From assembly GCF_009914755.1 (NCBI RefSeq), contig NC_060928.1: DNA of 64,000 bases. One strand, written 5' to 3'. The position numbers and the translations under genes are program-made. Positions within the stretch are counted from its first letter, which is position 1. The number at the start of each line of letters is the position of its first letter. The stretch is from the human T2T-CHM13v2.0 reference genome, Homo sapiens. Shown here piece by piece: positions 10,901-28,827 of the stretch. Below the pieces are notes generated by a model that saw nothing but the letters and a program-made list of their open reading frames with translations, made no database searches and was not told the DNA's origin.

Positions 10901-12085
10901 TCTTTTCAGAGATCCATTTGACTCTAAGCTCATGATAGCCAATAAAAAAAATTATCTTATTTTTTTTTAATAAACATACTGTGTTCATGGTAAGGAATAC
11001 TGAATATAGGGCAGATAATACCTGGAGTAATGTATTTAACTTTTGCAAACATATTTTTAGAAAGGCTTTGATAGTCTGGAATGAGTCCAGGGAAGGTAAA
11101 GAGACTTAAAATTCTGCCACATGAGGGAGGGGTAGAGACATTTTTTGAGAAGGGAGTCTGTATTAGTGACACCCTAACTGTGTTAGAATACTCAGGCACT
11201 TATCTTGCCTGAACACAGATAGCTATTCAGTGCTTTTTAAAGAATTTTTGCCTTAATATAAAGAACATTATATCAATTATATTTTTCCAAAAGAATGGCT
11301 TACTCTGTGTGTTTGTAAATTCCTTGTTATTTACTGTGTTTAAAAAAGAAATGAGCAATTTTTTATTATAAGGTTTGGAAAACTATGTCCTATCTTGCTA
11401 AGAAAGCTGAGTTAGCCTCTCTTTTAGGGACTTTCTATATCTAAAATACTCCTTGGTCTTATGAACTTGCTTTTACATTTGACCCCATAGATTATGTTTC
11501 CAAATGTCAGACTATATTTAAAGTCTATGCAATTATGATGGAGTAAAATGTGACACAAAATCTGTTAATTTTATTCAGTAAATTCTGCCTGCTTGGCCCC
11601 ACAAGAAGTGGAATCTTGATTATGTCAGTCCTGTTGCTTAAATACTAGTCTGGGACTATTATACTGAGCTGTGACAAATTGGACTGTCCATAATTTCCAA
11701 TCATGCCTGATTCCACTATTGTTGTATGAAGATGGACTGCACTATCTTAGTGCAACCACCTGGCTCACCACAATGCAAAGCTGCTGTTGCGGCAAAGACA
11801 ACAAGAAGGCCTGCTGGCAAATAGGCTACTTGAATCAGACAGTAAAGCGAGAAGCAAGGAGTAATGGTTATGAAGGTGACTATCCTCAGGGAATATTTTT
11901 TGCTGTGAAGCGTCTATGAGTGTTTGGTGCATAATCCATTCAGTTTACTTAATGCTTTTGCCAAATCATGCCCTCATGTTTCTGTTTCCCTCCAGACAAA
12001 TGAATATATGTGAAATGACAAAACTTTAGGTGATATGTGGCATGGAGATATTAAACAATAAACTACAGTGAAATAAAAGATTTAG

Positions 12086-12466
<381 letters not shown>

Positions 12467-13567
12467 TAATGCCACTTCATTTACTAATTCCTGTTTGGAC
12501 TTTAGCAAATTTCAGTAGGGCTTGGTTTCTTATCCATAAAATGGATAATTATGCCTTAAGCTTGTTGTTGTTTTGTTTGTAAACTGCGGGGAAAGATCTC
12601 CATGAACTAGGGAATGACATGTCCTCTTTGATAAGCAGACTTTTTACATCCAGTTATACAAGTCAAGTTATACAAAGCATAACTTGACAGTCACATGTAG
12701 TAAAAGACAGAATGGCTTATAAACATGCAACGCTTTTCTTGAACCTTAATTGAATGCATTTAGCATCTAAGGAAAGAACAAGTCTTTGGACTTGTTCTAA
12801 GGAAAGAACACATGGACACTCAGGTACTGTTCAGGAACCAGGAAGTGAAATACAATACAACATCAACATCGACTACTCTGTTGCCATTTTAAAACTATGC
12901 CTTTGGCTTTAAACATTAAGTGTTTTGTTGTTGTTTTAATTCAATGTTCAACAGATACCAATCTGTGGAAAATTATTTTTCCTGTTTAAGACTAGTTATC
13001 TGAGAGAGTTCCAGTCTCTATTATGGTTATATAACATTTGTCATTATAAATTGAGGCTTGTGGATTTGGTTAGTGAAAGGCAACCTGAGAGACTAATTCC
13101 CTCGCAGTGTGTATTAAAAGATTTCTGAGCCTGCATGGATGAGAGCCAAACCTTGCATACTCACCAGCATGATCCATTTTACCCTACGAGACCTTTTGGG
13201 AGACAGCCGGCCAGTTTGTTTTGAAGTAAATGCCCCTGGACACCAACTTTACTGCATGCAGAAATTTTGAAACATCTTAATCTCCCTTGTTGTGAAGTGT
13301 TCAGATTTAGAGGCAATGTAAGGGAATTGACTATAACTTAATGGACAAGTCTTTACTAAATGTAACACATAATTAGATGTAGACTTCTGAATTCAAAATA
13401 GGTATTCTGAAAACCTATTGTATCTGGGATATGTTATTGAATGAGTAATTCAGTGGGAGTTACGAAGGGACTGTAAAAATGTATTTGTTAAATGGTGAGC
13501 ATATCATAATAAAAAGTAGACCATATTTATGGAATGCACCGTGTATGTCAGGCATTATATATGACCT

Positions 13568-13864
13568 TTTTTTCTTTGGAGACGGAGTCTCGCTCTGTCG
13601 CCCAGGCTGGAGTGCAGTGGCGCGATCTCGGCTCACTGCAATGCAACCTCCGCCTCCTGGGTTCACACCATTCTCCTGCCTCAGTCTCCCTAGTAGCTGG
13701 GACTACAGGTGCCTGCCACCACGCCCGGCTGATTTTTCGTATTTTTACTAGAGATAGGGTTTCACTGTGTTAGCCAGGATGGTCTCAATCTCCTGACCTT
13801 GTGATCTGCCCGCCTTGGCCTCCCAAAGTGCTGGGATTACAGGCGTGAGTCACCACGCCCGGCC
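13568..13864 (-). mobile_element. AluY-like element inserted in a MIR
   Basis: gggttcacaccattctcc and tgtgttagccaggatgg diagnostics. TSD tatatgacct at 13558-13567 and 13866-13875. Internal 5-bp duplication tgcaatgcaa. Confidence 0.95.
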
Positions 13865-14339
13865 GTATATGACCTCTTAACCCTCAAAACATCCCTTGGA
13901 AGTAAGTTATCTTAGTCTCCCTTTAGGTAGCTGGGTCATAGTAAGGTGAAAATAACTCTCACAAGTTTCACAGCTGTTGAGTGCTTTGCCCAGAGAGTCT
14001 GGCAGAGACCCTGTGCTGAAAACACTCTGGAATACTGTGGTATGTTAGAAGATGTTGCAGAGATACAACTTGTTTCTTCCCAACATCTATCATACCACTT
14101 TTGCATGCTAAGAGGACATCTGTAAGATTGAGAATGCAAACAAAGAAACAAAAAACCCAAAAACAACTTAACTGTAATCTCCCTTTTTCCTTAGGTGTAA
14201 CTTTTCTCCTTAGGTGTGACTAAATTCTGACTATGATAATAAAAGTTGTAAAGCTGGAATTCAGGAATGTCACATTAAAGGAAGAATAGGTAGTTTGTGA
14301 AATAATTGTATTATGTGTTTCGTTACTCTTCATCCTCTT

Positions 14340-14595
14340 TCCCTTTTGGTGGTAATGTAGGTATAAAGTTTGGAGCCCCAGCAATCATTTTGGATCTTGG
14401 GATGACCTCAAGGATGGAAGTCACATGCTAGTATGCTTATGCAGATAAAGAGTTGGTCTTTGATGAAATGCAAGCTGCAGTATCAAGTTTGGACATTTTT
14501 CATCTGGACCACTTTTTATTTGATGTAAACCCTTGTGCATTTAAGCCAGTTACATTTTGAATTTTCTGTTATAGGTAATCAAATACGATCCTAAC
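14340..14595 (+). mobile_element. MLT1 (J/K-like) MaLR LTR 3' part
   Basis: aaggatggaagtcacatgct ... tttaagccagtt...ttttctgttataggtaatcaaatacgatcctaaca resembles the MLT1 3' end. Confidence 0.55.
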
Positions 14596-16679
14596 AGCTA
14601 ACAAGAAAGAGAAGGCAGCAGTAAGAGATAGAATATTTTTAACCATGTTTTTATATTAAAAATGGAAACGGGCAGCAGTGGTGATCTTTTTCATATCCCT
14701 CCGCTTCACTCATCTTTATCTTCTTTCATGGGTATCTCTGTCTTAATGCGACTTATGAGTTTGCTAGCACTTCAGCATAGTTTCATAAAGGCAGGATGAA
14801 CCTGCTGTGGGATTTTAAATGATGTAACCGATAATGTCCCCTAAATGGAAAACTTGTGAAAATGAGAGGAAGTACTATGAATAACTATAATTGTCTAAAG
14901 GGTGTAAGCCAGGGCTGCTCTAGATATACCTGGATGTCAAGTCACCCTAGGTTTAATGATAGAAAGACTGAAGAAAAAGAGGAAAAGAAAGAAAGGTACT
15001 GTAATAGAAAAACGTGGACTAGAGAAATAGAGAATGACTGATTTTAAAAAATACATCTAATTTCTATTCTAAGGTGCTTCACAGTTTCATGAATCGTAAG
15101 TGTAATAAAGATTAGATACTGATAATGGTGCTTGCTATGATTATTATTACAAGGATGATCCCAATTATGATCTATAAAGCCTGTTCAGCATGAACACCAG
15201 GTTTCAAAGGGAGGTGATGAAAAAACAAGACCTAAAAGGAATCTCAGATTTCTGCCAGTCCTTTGCAGGAACAATGCATCAGGGGCTGATAGAAATAAGT
15301 AAGTCTGCTAGTTACAATTTCTTTTCCCAGAAAACCATAGGCGATCTAGGTAAGCTTTAAACAGACATGAAATTCTAGTTGATGTTCAGACCTTCTATGA
15401 CCGCTAGAATTTGGAGTTTCAGATTTTTATGGCTAAAACGTGGGGTTTTCTCTGTGGTTTACAATAGCATACACTTAAGCAACAACATGAACAAACATAC
15501 CTGTTTTTCTCTGAATCCTCCTGAATTAATGCTGAACAACCACCGAGGCAGAAAATAGGAGCAGATACATATGAAGAAGAATTCTTAGAGTATTAGAAGA
15601 GTATGGTGATACAGCAGTTTCTTGAGGGTGGACTTAAAAACAATAACGAGAAACCCAGTGGGAATGAGAAAAAATAATAGACTGGTTAATGACAGAGCTA
15701 ACTAAAGAACAACAACAACAAAAAGAAAAACAAATAAATGTAGCCATTATATCAAAGGACAGAGAACCACAATATAAAAACTAAATGGGGAAAAAACTAG
15801 TAATAAAATGTCTCCTCTCAGATGGGCACAAGCTCATGATAGAAAGTCAGTAAAATTTTTTGAGTGTATTGTAATTGATGATTCAGAGCAAGAAAAAAAA
15901 AAAAGCCTTTTTCTTCCCTAGTCTTCTAAATGAATCTTCCCATTGTGATCTCAACAAAAGGCCAAAATAATTAAAAAGGAGTAAGTTATGTGTGCATAAC
16001 AACCATGGAAAAACAGGTACCCAACAATGAAGAAAAGCAATGCAACTGAGAACAATAGTGCTTTCAGGATAAATGGCTTCCCAGAAGCTTAATTTCCAAT
16101 GAGAAAAAAATGTTCTGAAAATTGTACCCAGGCTGTCACAGAACACAACATTTAGATGGTCTGTTATTCTGGGGAGATTAGCCATAGATAAAGAGAAACC
16201 TATTTTCAACTTTTAATTTTTCTCCCTGTCACAATGTGCTTTCTGGCTTATTTTGTTTGGCTTTAAGTGAGACAAAAATATTCTTCTACTTATAAATAAC
16301 ATACTGGTGGCAGGTGATTGAACTCCAACCTAGACATATATTGCTGAGAGAAATGAACAAAAGCACTTGTGGAAAGGAGAAAAGCAGAAATTAAGTTTAC
16401 TATTTTATATGTTGCTTTTCCAAATTTTTAATCCTTAGCTTTTAAATTATTAAGAAATACATAATGTTAGAAAGGATAACAACGTCTAAAGCCACTTATT
16501 TAAAAAATCCTTTTAAATAACTTTCTGGATAGTAAAACGAGTCAAATTTATTTTTAACTATTTCACTTACAAATTTTAGGGGTTTTTGTTACTCACAACA
16601 GATAAATCTATACACCACCACTTCCTCCCAATAAATTTTTTCAGTTTTCTTTTTTTTTGGATTATTTTTGTTATATTTC

Positions 16680-18290
16680 ATGTACTAATTGATACATATG
16701 AAAGAGAATAAGAAGTTGTATATGTAACAGAACACAATTTTTAAAATGAATATCAAACCAGTACCCAACCTAAGAGCCAGAATTATTGTATTTCCCCGAG
16801 TGTTCTTCATTCCCCAGCTCCATGAACAGATAATCACTGTCCTAGATTTCATGTTTTAATCTTGTACTATTTCTGAAAAACACAATTTTATTGCATATAT
16901 GTTTTTTCTCTATGTAAAACATTATTAGTTTTGCTTGCTCTTAATTTGTATAGAAATTGAATCACACTTCATTTGGTCTTCTAAATTAGATTTTTTTTTT
17001 GCTCTGTATTGCAAAGAATCACACGCATTGTATGTAGCTGTAGAACCTTCCTTTTCACTGCTATGAAATCCCATCACATACACAGAGTGCAATGTGTTAA
17101 TTTTTCCGTTGAATAATATTTTTGTTTTTGTTTTTATTTGTTATGAACAAAGCTGCTACGGCCATTCTTGTGCGGAACTCCATTTTCACGTGCAAAACTA
17201 GTTCTATATTTTCAGCGGATAAATATAGCATTGGAAATTTATTTTAATACAGTAGGTGAATATTCAACTTGAAGGATAATTCCATCTTGTTTTCCAACAT
17301 GGTTATATCAATTTATACCTTCAATAAAGGGTTTAGGAGCTCTAATTGATTTATATCATTTCCAACACTTGGTATTTTCCGATTTAATTCTGGAAATGTA
17401 ATAGGTATAAAACTGTATTTCAACGCCATTTTAGTTTGCATTTCCTGATTACTAATGCAGTTGAATATTTTATCCATCTATATTTTCTTGATAATTCCTC
17501 TTTTATATGTCCATGTCTTTTGCAAATTTACACATCAGATTGTTTTCAATCGACTTGTTTTTTTTTTTTTTTTCATTCAGAATGGTTTATTACTCACGTA
17601 TTGAGCAGTGTGGCTCCCAACCAGATCCAAAAGTGGCTTGAGAAAGCCAGAAAAGGAGACTGGCTTTGGGCTTTTATGTTGGTCAGGGTGTGGCTGAGCT
17701 GAGGATGCCATCCAGCAAGCCTGCCCTTTGTACGTGAACTTCCCGCCTGCTGATGCCAATGGAGGGAACACTTGGACTTTCTTACCAGCTTGCCCACATG
17801 GAGGGTAAGAGGAAAAGTGGGAGTGGTGGGGTTCAAAGTTGTCTCCAGTGAAACATCAAAATTAGAGTCACACTCATAAGTTATAAGGTAGGAACCCAAC
17901 TTCACTGTATCCATGTGGTTAGCCAATTGCCTTTGTGCCATTCACTGCATAGTCCTTTCTTTCCCCGGGGTTCTGAATAGAATATCTCTGTTCTATACCA
18001 AGTTTTATGTCTGAGTGGGTCTGTTTTTGTAACATTTTTAAAATTTGTTCATGCTGGTGCCATTGTATTCACTATTATCTAAATTATAATAAATATTGAT
18101 ATTAGGTAGGGTAAGTTCCTACCAACATTTTTTTCTTCTTCATCAATACTTTGTTTACTATTTGCCCTTACTCTTTCATGCAAATTTTAGAATCAGTTTG
18201 TCAAGTTATGTGGATGAAAAAAGCTTTTGTTTTTATATTACATCAAAGTTATGAATCAGTTTTGGGAAAATTGGCATACATAAAACATTG
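16680..18290 (-). mobile_element. Old L1M (L1ME-like) 3' region; continues at about 23010-25320
   Basis: Antisense L1M motifs (tttgcatttcctgattactaatgcagttga; aaattttagaatcagtttgtcaag; atcagttttgggaaaattggcat). Boundaries are approximate. Confidence 0.7.
17574..17878 (-). mobile_element. ERVL-type LTR fragment (MER54/MER74-like), U3 to polyA signal
   Basis: The minus strand reads gagtgtgactctaattttgatgtttcactgg...gggcaagctggtaagaaagtcc...aataaacc, like the MER54-group 5' end. Family assignment is from memory. Confidence 0.55.
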
Positions 18291-18299
18291 AGATAGCCT

Positions 18300-18460
18300 A
18301 TCTAATTAACAGGCATAAAGTTTCACATGAGCAAGTTGCATAAGCTCTAGAGATCTTCCAATGTACAGCTATTGTACCTATAGTTAACAATACTATATTG
18401 TATACTTAAAAATTTAACAGGGTAGATTTCAGGTTAAGTGTTTTACAACAATAAACTTTT
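18300..18460 (+). mobile_element. Old L1M 3'-end fragment
   Basis: ctctagagatct...tatagttaacaatactatattgtatacttaaaaattt...gggtagatttcaggttaagtgtttta...aataaa is a typical L1MB/MC 3' terminus. Confidence 0.7.
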
Positions 18461-18686
18461 TTATTTATTTATTTATTTAGTATTATACTTTAAGTTTTAG
18501 GGTACATGTGCACAACGTGCAGTTTAGTTACATATGTATACATGTGCCATGCTGGTGCCCTGCACCCACTAACTCGTCATCTAGCATTAGGTAAATCTCC
18601 CAATGCTATCCCTCCCCCATACCCCCACCCCACAACAGTCCCCAGAGTGTGATGTTCCCCTTCCTGTGTCCATGTGTTCTCATTGT

Positions 18687-22527
<3,841 letters not shown>

Positions 22528-22575
22528 TTATTTTGCTCGTTAGTTGATGCAGTTTCTTCCTAGTCTCGATGGTCT

Positions 22576-22985
22576 TTACATTTTGGCATGATTTTGCAGC
22601 GGCTGGTACCGGTTGTTCCTTTCCATGTTTAGTGCTTCCTTCAGGAGCTGTTTTAGGGCAGGCCTGGTGGTGACAAAATCTCTCAGCATTTGCTTGTCTG
22701 TAAAGTGTTTTATTTCTCCTTCACTTATGAAGCTTATTTTGGCTGGATATGAAATTCTGGGTTGAAAATTCTTTCCTTTAAGAATGTTGAATATTGGCCC
22801 CCACTCTCTTCTGGCTTGTAGAGTTCCTGCCAAGAGATCCGCTGTTAGTCTGATGGGCTTCCCTTTGAGGGTAACCCAACCTTTCTCTCTGGCTGCCCTT
22901 AACATTTTTTCCTTCATTTCAACTTTGGTGAATCTGACAATTATGTGTCTTGGTGTTGCTCTTCTTGAGGAGTATCTTTGTGGTG
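22576..22985 (-). pseudogene. ORF1: L1 ORF1p C-terminal remnant
   Basis: MKEKMLRAAREKG...ALNMERNNRYQPLQNHAKM, with the canonical 63-bp inter-ORF spacer at 22513-22575. Confidence 0.95.
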
Positions 22986-23452
22986 AACAATAAACTTTTT
23001 TTAAAAAAAATATCTATTAATATAGAAATTCTCATCTGCATGGATTTTAATATCTTCAAATAAGCTACATCACATTTTTGCACAAATTTTAATTGGCTTC
23101 TTCCTACTTATAGTTTCAGCTGCTACTATAAAAGCAACTTAAAAACTTCATTTGTACTACCTGCCGCTGTGTTTAAAAATTCATTTTTATGTATTTTCCT
23201 TAAGGCACTTGTTATAAATTATTTAACAACTCAGCAATATTGAGCTATCTTTTTATGCTTACCTCTGTTTAATAAGTGATGGAATCCTTGCCAATGAGAG
23301 ACATTGGTTTTATTTGGAAGAGGGAATATAACCAGTCTTCAAGTGTTATTATTGCTCCTTGGTAGCAGAGACCTGGTGTGGGCTTTACAGATGTTATATT
23401 TTGTGTTGGATTCTTTACTTACTGTATACATACTTTTTTTTACTCCAAAAAG

Positions 23453-23572
23453 GTTTTTAGAGACAGGGGTCTCACTGTGTTGTCCAGGCTGGGTTTGAAC
23501 CCCTGGCCTCAAGCAATCCTGCTTCAGCCTTCTGTGTAGCTGGGATTATGGGCATGAGCCACTATGCATAGC
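23453..23572 (-). mobile_element. FLAM / Alu monomer
   Basis: gagacaggggtctcactgtgttgtccaggctgg...gctgggattatgggcatgagccact; a single monomer. Confidence 0.85.
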
Positions 23573-24728
23573 AGTGCTTACTGTTTTAAATTACTTGCAC
23601 TACTGTCACACTAAAGGCAGCTGTGATAATTGTTGGTGGTTTCCTTTGATTTTCTTTTGTTATTACAAATTGCAGACTCTCTTGATTCTTGTAGTAAACT
23701 TGAGAGTTCAGAGTGAATTTTCTTGTCTTTCGTCCTACCACCCCTTTAAAATACTAATTATTTACCTCTGTAATAAAGTATCTCATACTTGAAATGCATA
23801 GTTTCTTCTAATATTTTATGACCAACATTTTATTAATACAACAATCCAAGTTATACCCCATTATTTTTCTGTTTTTTAGTTTTTCATGTAAGCAAATATA
23901 TAATATGCAAGTCATAACAGTTTTTTTTTTTTTAAATATGGCTCTCTAATTCTTAAGTCATCAATTTATTTTTCTTATCTTAGTGCACTGGCTAGGTCTT
24001 CCAGTATAATAATAAACAGAATTGGTGGCAATTATTCTTTTATGATTTTAAAAAGAATTCTACTTACATTTCATAAATAAGAATTTTGTATACTGTGATA
24101 TATTAGTAGAAGTCCTTTACCCCTTTTCCAGGATAATTGTGTAACAATGTATTTTTTGGTTTGTTAATAATTTTATTATCGATGGGTAATACCTTTTTCA
24201 AAGGTTTTTGTTGGTCGGTTTGTTTTTAGGAAATAAGATTTAAATTGAAATTCAATTTATTTAAAGTTATAGGTCAACATAGGTTAACTAACCTATAATG
24301 AAACAGCCTGATATGCTCTATAACTTTTAGAGAAAATAAATGGCAGTTTATTTTTTCTGGAACTGCTTTCATTTAAATTATATATATTTTTAATTTATAC
24401 ATAAATTATATATAATTCATATATTTTGTATATATTTTATATAATATTTTATGTATTTTTTAAAATTTCTATTTTCTGACAGAAACTAATTCATTTTAAA
24501 TTTCTGCTGTAGTGTTACTTTTCTTCAATTTCCTGTCTAATATTTTTTGTGACTTCTCTATTTCTTGGTTTATCTATATTATTAAGCTTCAAAAATTTGT
24601 CTTCATTGCTCCTTTTCATCTTTAATGGTTATTTTAAATTTCAATTAAGTCTGCTTTGATTATTGGTTTCTTTGTTTTCTGTGTTTTTTTTTCTGTTTCT
24701 CCAACTATTTTTTAAAGATTGATTACTT

Positions 24729-24865
<137 letters not shown>

Positions 24866-25719
24866 TTATTTCCTTTCCCTCAAATTTGTACGTTCTTTTG
24901 TCTAATGTTTTAGTTTTTATATCTTTAAACTTCATACTTTCAATTCATTACAGCTAGGTATACACAATATTTATTTCTATTTTCAAACATGTTACCGTAA
25001 TATTTTCTCACTCTCTATGCATGTCAGACCTTTCTGGTATCACTGTCTTCCTCCGGAGACATATGCTTTAGAAGTCCCTTTAGTGAAGGTCCATTTCTGC
25101 CATTTCTTGTTTTTTTCTTTATTTTAATATCCCAAAATGAGTTTATTTTACTGTCATTTATAAACAATAATTTCTTGTCAGGTTGTAAGTTAACTTTAAA
25201 AAAAATCCCTTTGATGATTTCACTGTCTTCTTGCTTAATGCTTGCCATTGAAAAGTCAGTAATTTTAAGTTATATGCATTTTTTTTTTCTCCCTGGATGC
25301 CTGTAAAAAAGAAATTGTGTCTGCTTCTTCTCAGATTCAGGGATGGCACAGGCTTGGAGCTAATTTAGTCCACTTTGTGGGCAATGTCTTAATATGGGAG
25401 TTCAGGGTTATGTGGCTCAGTCAGCCCAGCTTGTCCCGGGCCTGAAGATGACTACTGATCTCGGGGCTTTTTGCATCCCCTTGAGTCTTTAAGCTCATCT
25501 TCCCCAGCTCCAGTTTCAGCCTGTTATTTGTTTAACACAGTCATTTACTTTATTGTTTCTGGTGGCTTTTTTTTTTTGTAGGTGATTTTCTCACATTTCA
25601 TTTACTATATATTGAAAATATTGTTACTTTAAAATCTAGGATCTAGTTGTTTGATATTTTAGAGGTTCTCAGAGTACCTACATCTCTGTACAACCAGAAG
25701 CAAATGTTCTTTCATGAAT

Positions 25720-25873
25720 ACAGTTTTATTCTAACACAGTCACATGATTAATTTATGTATTGTCTAAACACTATAATTATAGATTTAAGTAGTTGTAATA
25801 TAAAGCGTACGGCCTACAGAGCCTAAAATATTTACTATGTGATCCTTTACAGACAATTCTTTGCCAACCCTTG
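25720..25873. mobile_element. MER58A-like hAT-Charlie MITE, partial
   Basis: agcctaaaatatttactatgtgatcctttacagac...tttgccaacccttg terminus. Confidence 0.65.
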
Positions 25874-27265
25874 ACAGTTCTACATGACTAAAAACTAATT
25901 TACATCTGCTCCATTGTCTATGCTTAACATTTACTGCATCTTTGTATCAATTAACATGCTTTCAGTTGCACGTAATAGTCCCAATTCATGACATTTCCAG
26001 ATTTAATAAACTGATTAATTCAGCAACTTACACAACATTATTAAAGACAGTTTATTTGATTTCCTGAATCATCCTCAGTGTGCTAGTCTTTGTTCTCCAG
26101 TTCATGGTAGTAAGATGGCTGCTAGATGATCATGCAGACACAGTAGGAAGAGATCATTTCCTAATGTTAATCTTTTTGTGTATCAGCCAGGAAAAGCCTT
26201 TCCTGAACCCATCCCTCTGCACATTTTCCCTCACATCTAAGATAGTGTTATCTGTTCATACCTAAACCTGCCACTGGCTAGAAGAGTAAGTGTCACGATT
26301 AATGTAGAAGTCAAGTTTCTGCTGCAATAATGGCATGAAGCAAACATTCCCAGTATTTCAATGGCTTCTATTGTGAAATATTTCTCCTCACAGGTCTGCA
26401 GGTCAGATAATATAGCTTTTTCTTTAGAATACAGGTCAGGCTAAGGTCCTTTCCACATTCCCTCTCTTTGAAACTGTTGCTGATTGGGTTATGCTTTTCT
26501 AATGGGGGCAGATAGGATCTCCAAGAGGGCAAATAAAACCACCCAGGCACATTTAAGGCCCTCGTAGGGCCTGGCATACATTATATCAGCTCTCCTTCAT
26601 TGGCCAAGGCAAGTCACACAAGTTCAGTATTAGTATAGGAAAAAAGACCTCTTAAGGGGGAAGCATAAAGTCACACGATAAATGGTATGGTTATACAATC
26701 CTATTACAGGGAGGGATAAATGATTGAAAACCATAATCAATCTTTACGACTAGCTCAAATAAATCAAAATTTTGCTCTTGAATTGAGTAGAGGATCAAAC
26801 TCCCAGAAATATTACCACTACTTGATATGATCACGAAATAAGTTTTGTTATCAAAAGATAAAGAATGGATGCAGCTTTAGTCTTCATTTGCTTCATTCCA
26901 AGTGCTGTTGCAATATTTCCCGTACCTGAGGAAACTCAAAGGGATGGCTTTAATGCTATCAGAAATCTGAGTCCTTAGAGTAAGAAAATAAATACAAAAT
27001 ATTCAAAAATTGCTTGTACTAAATAGCGCATATTGACAACAATAGTCAAACATAATATGCCACTATTTTCTCCATAAACAAAAGTCCCCCAAATAAATCG
27101 CATCTCTCCAGTCTTGTCACTTAGAAATAGTAACTTAAATATTTTCCATTTAAAATAGTCTAGAGACTCAAATTTCTTACTGTTGTCATCTTTCACACAT
27201 GAAAACTGTTTCAATTTTTTTTTTCTAATAGTATTGCTTAAAACACTAATTTCTTCCTACTTTTT

Positions 27266-27552
27266 TTTTTTTCTTTTTTTGTTTTGAGACGGAATCTCAC
27301 TCTGTCGCCCAGGCTGGAGTGCAGTGGTGGGATCTTGGCTCACTGCAACCTCTGCCTCCCGGGTTCAGTGGGACTACTGAGTAGCTGGGACTACAGACGC
27401 CCGCCACCATACCTGGCTAATTTTTTGTATTTTTAGTAGAGACTGGGTTTCACCGTGTTAGCCAGGATGGTCTCGATCTCCTGACCTCGTGATCCGCCCG
27501 CCTCGGCCTCCCAAAGTGCTGGGATTACAGGCATGAGCCACTGTGCCCGGCC
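27266..27552 (-). mobile_element. AluY-like element with an internal deletion/insertion
   Basis: accgtgttagccaggatggtctcgatctcctgacctcgtgatcc diagnostic. TSD tcttcctacttttt at 27252-27265 and 27553-27566. Confidence 0.95.
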
Positions 27553-28827
27553 TCTTCCTACTTTTTACAAACTGTATTTTTTAATCAATGATATAAAAAC
27601 TGACTTCTTTTGTATAAGTTACTCTTCTTACTATTTTTCTGATATGATTGTCAAAAGACATGATCTTTTATGACACTGAACCTTGAGGACATATTTATTA
27701 ACCTTTTTCCTTAGAAGTTAATAAAGGGAGGTTACTTTCCAGTAGTTGATCTTATTTTTAAGATTTGCTATAAGTTGTAAAGAGTCATTCAAAATAAATC
27801 ATTTTTCAACCCATCCCTCCAGTCATACCGATAAGAAAGGCATTTTTTTCGATCATGTCTTGTTAATGAGCACATTCTTTGGGGATGCCTCGGTCCTAAT
27901 TACAAGTGGGCAGGCAGCCATGAGTGCAGGCTGGAAGACCTGGTGAGCGGCAGGCCAGGGAAAGCATGCGGTGGTGCTGGGGGCACCCGTGCGGGACAGA
28001 ACTGGAGCTGACTCTAAGGCTCCAGGGAGCAATGGTAAGCTGCAAAATGGTACTAAGGGAAGCACACAGAAAATTACCAGAGAAAGACAGATGGTTGGGA
28101 TGTCCAAAGCTAAGAAGAAATCTCTAAAATGACTAGTGAGAGGGAAACGGTAGATGGAGTCCCTGAGATAAAAAATAAATAATAAACTAAGTGTCTGCAC
28201 GAGGCAAAGCAACAGCTAGATGTCACAGTGCCGAATGGCAGGCAAGTCCTCCAACAGCCTAATTCGTAAGGGTACAGCTGCCAAGGAGGGTCAAACCAAA
28301 GTAAACTCTCAAACCTAAGTATTACCAGTTAGCATCCTATCTTAGGGTCACAAGTGAAAATTTCAAGGGTTGGGAAAGTGATTGTTATTATTGTCAGTTC
28401 TCCCTCTGTTTTGTGTAGGTGAACTCATTGTTCAAACAATACTGAGAGAATATGCAGACAGTGGTATACAAAGTTGAAGAAAAACATTTTGAAGATATTT
28501 ATCTTTTGAAAGGTATTTCTACCTAGACCCAACTCGGTTAAGCTGTTAATGCAACTTCTATGTATCAGGTTTTCCTCTGGAATTTAACAGCCTCTTATTT
28601 TCTCCAAGGACCTTTGGCTGTTAAACAGTGTTCATGTAAGCCCACACCACTGGCCAGAAGAGGCATGCTCAGAAATCACCATTGAAAGCCCCAAACGTCA
28701 TCAAGGAAAACCAGTAAACATAAGAAAAGTTAGGGATGAAAGACACCTGGTCAGTTTTTCTCACTCCCATGCCACGTCAGATTTACAATATGGATTATGT
28801 CAGAGCTATTCATCTGGATTACGGTGA

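Noticed and set aside
11975-12035. Isolated splice-acceptor-like tracts (11995, 8542, 28418, 30291)
   Set aside because: No well-matched donors or coding signal; such motifs occur by chance at this frequency.
24370-24460. AT-rich quasi-palindromic tracts (also 46050-46100) and the poly-A run at 44867-44922
   Set aside because: Low-complexity or microsatellite decay; self-complementarity is expected from composition.
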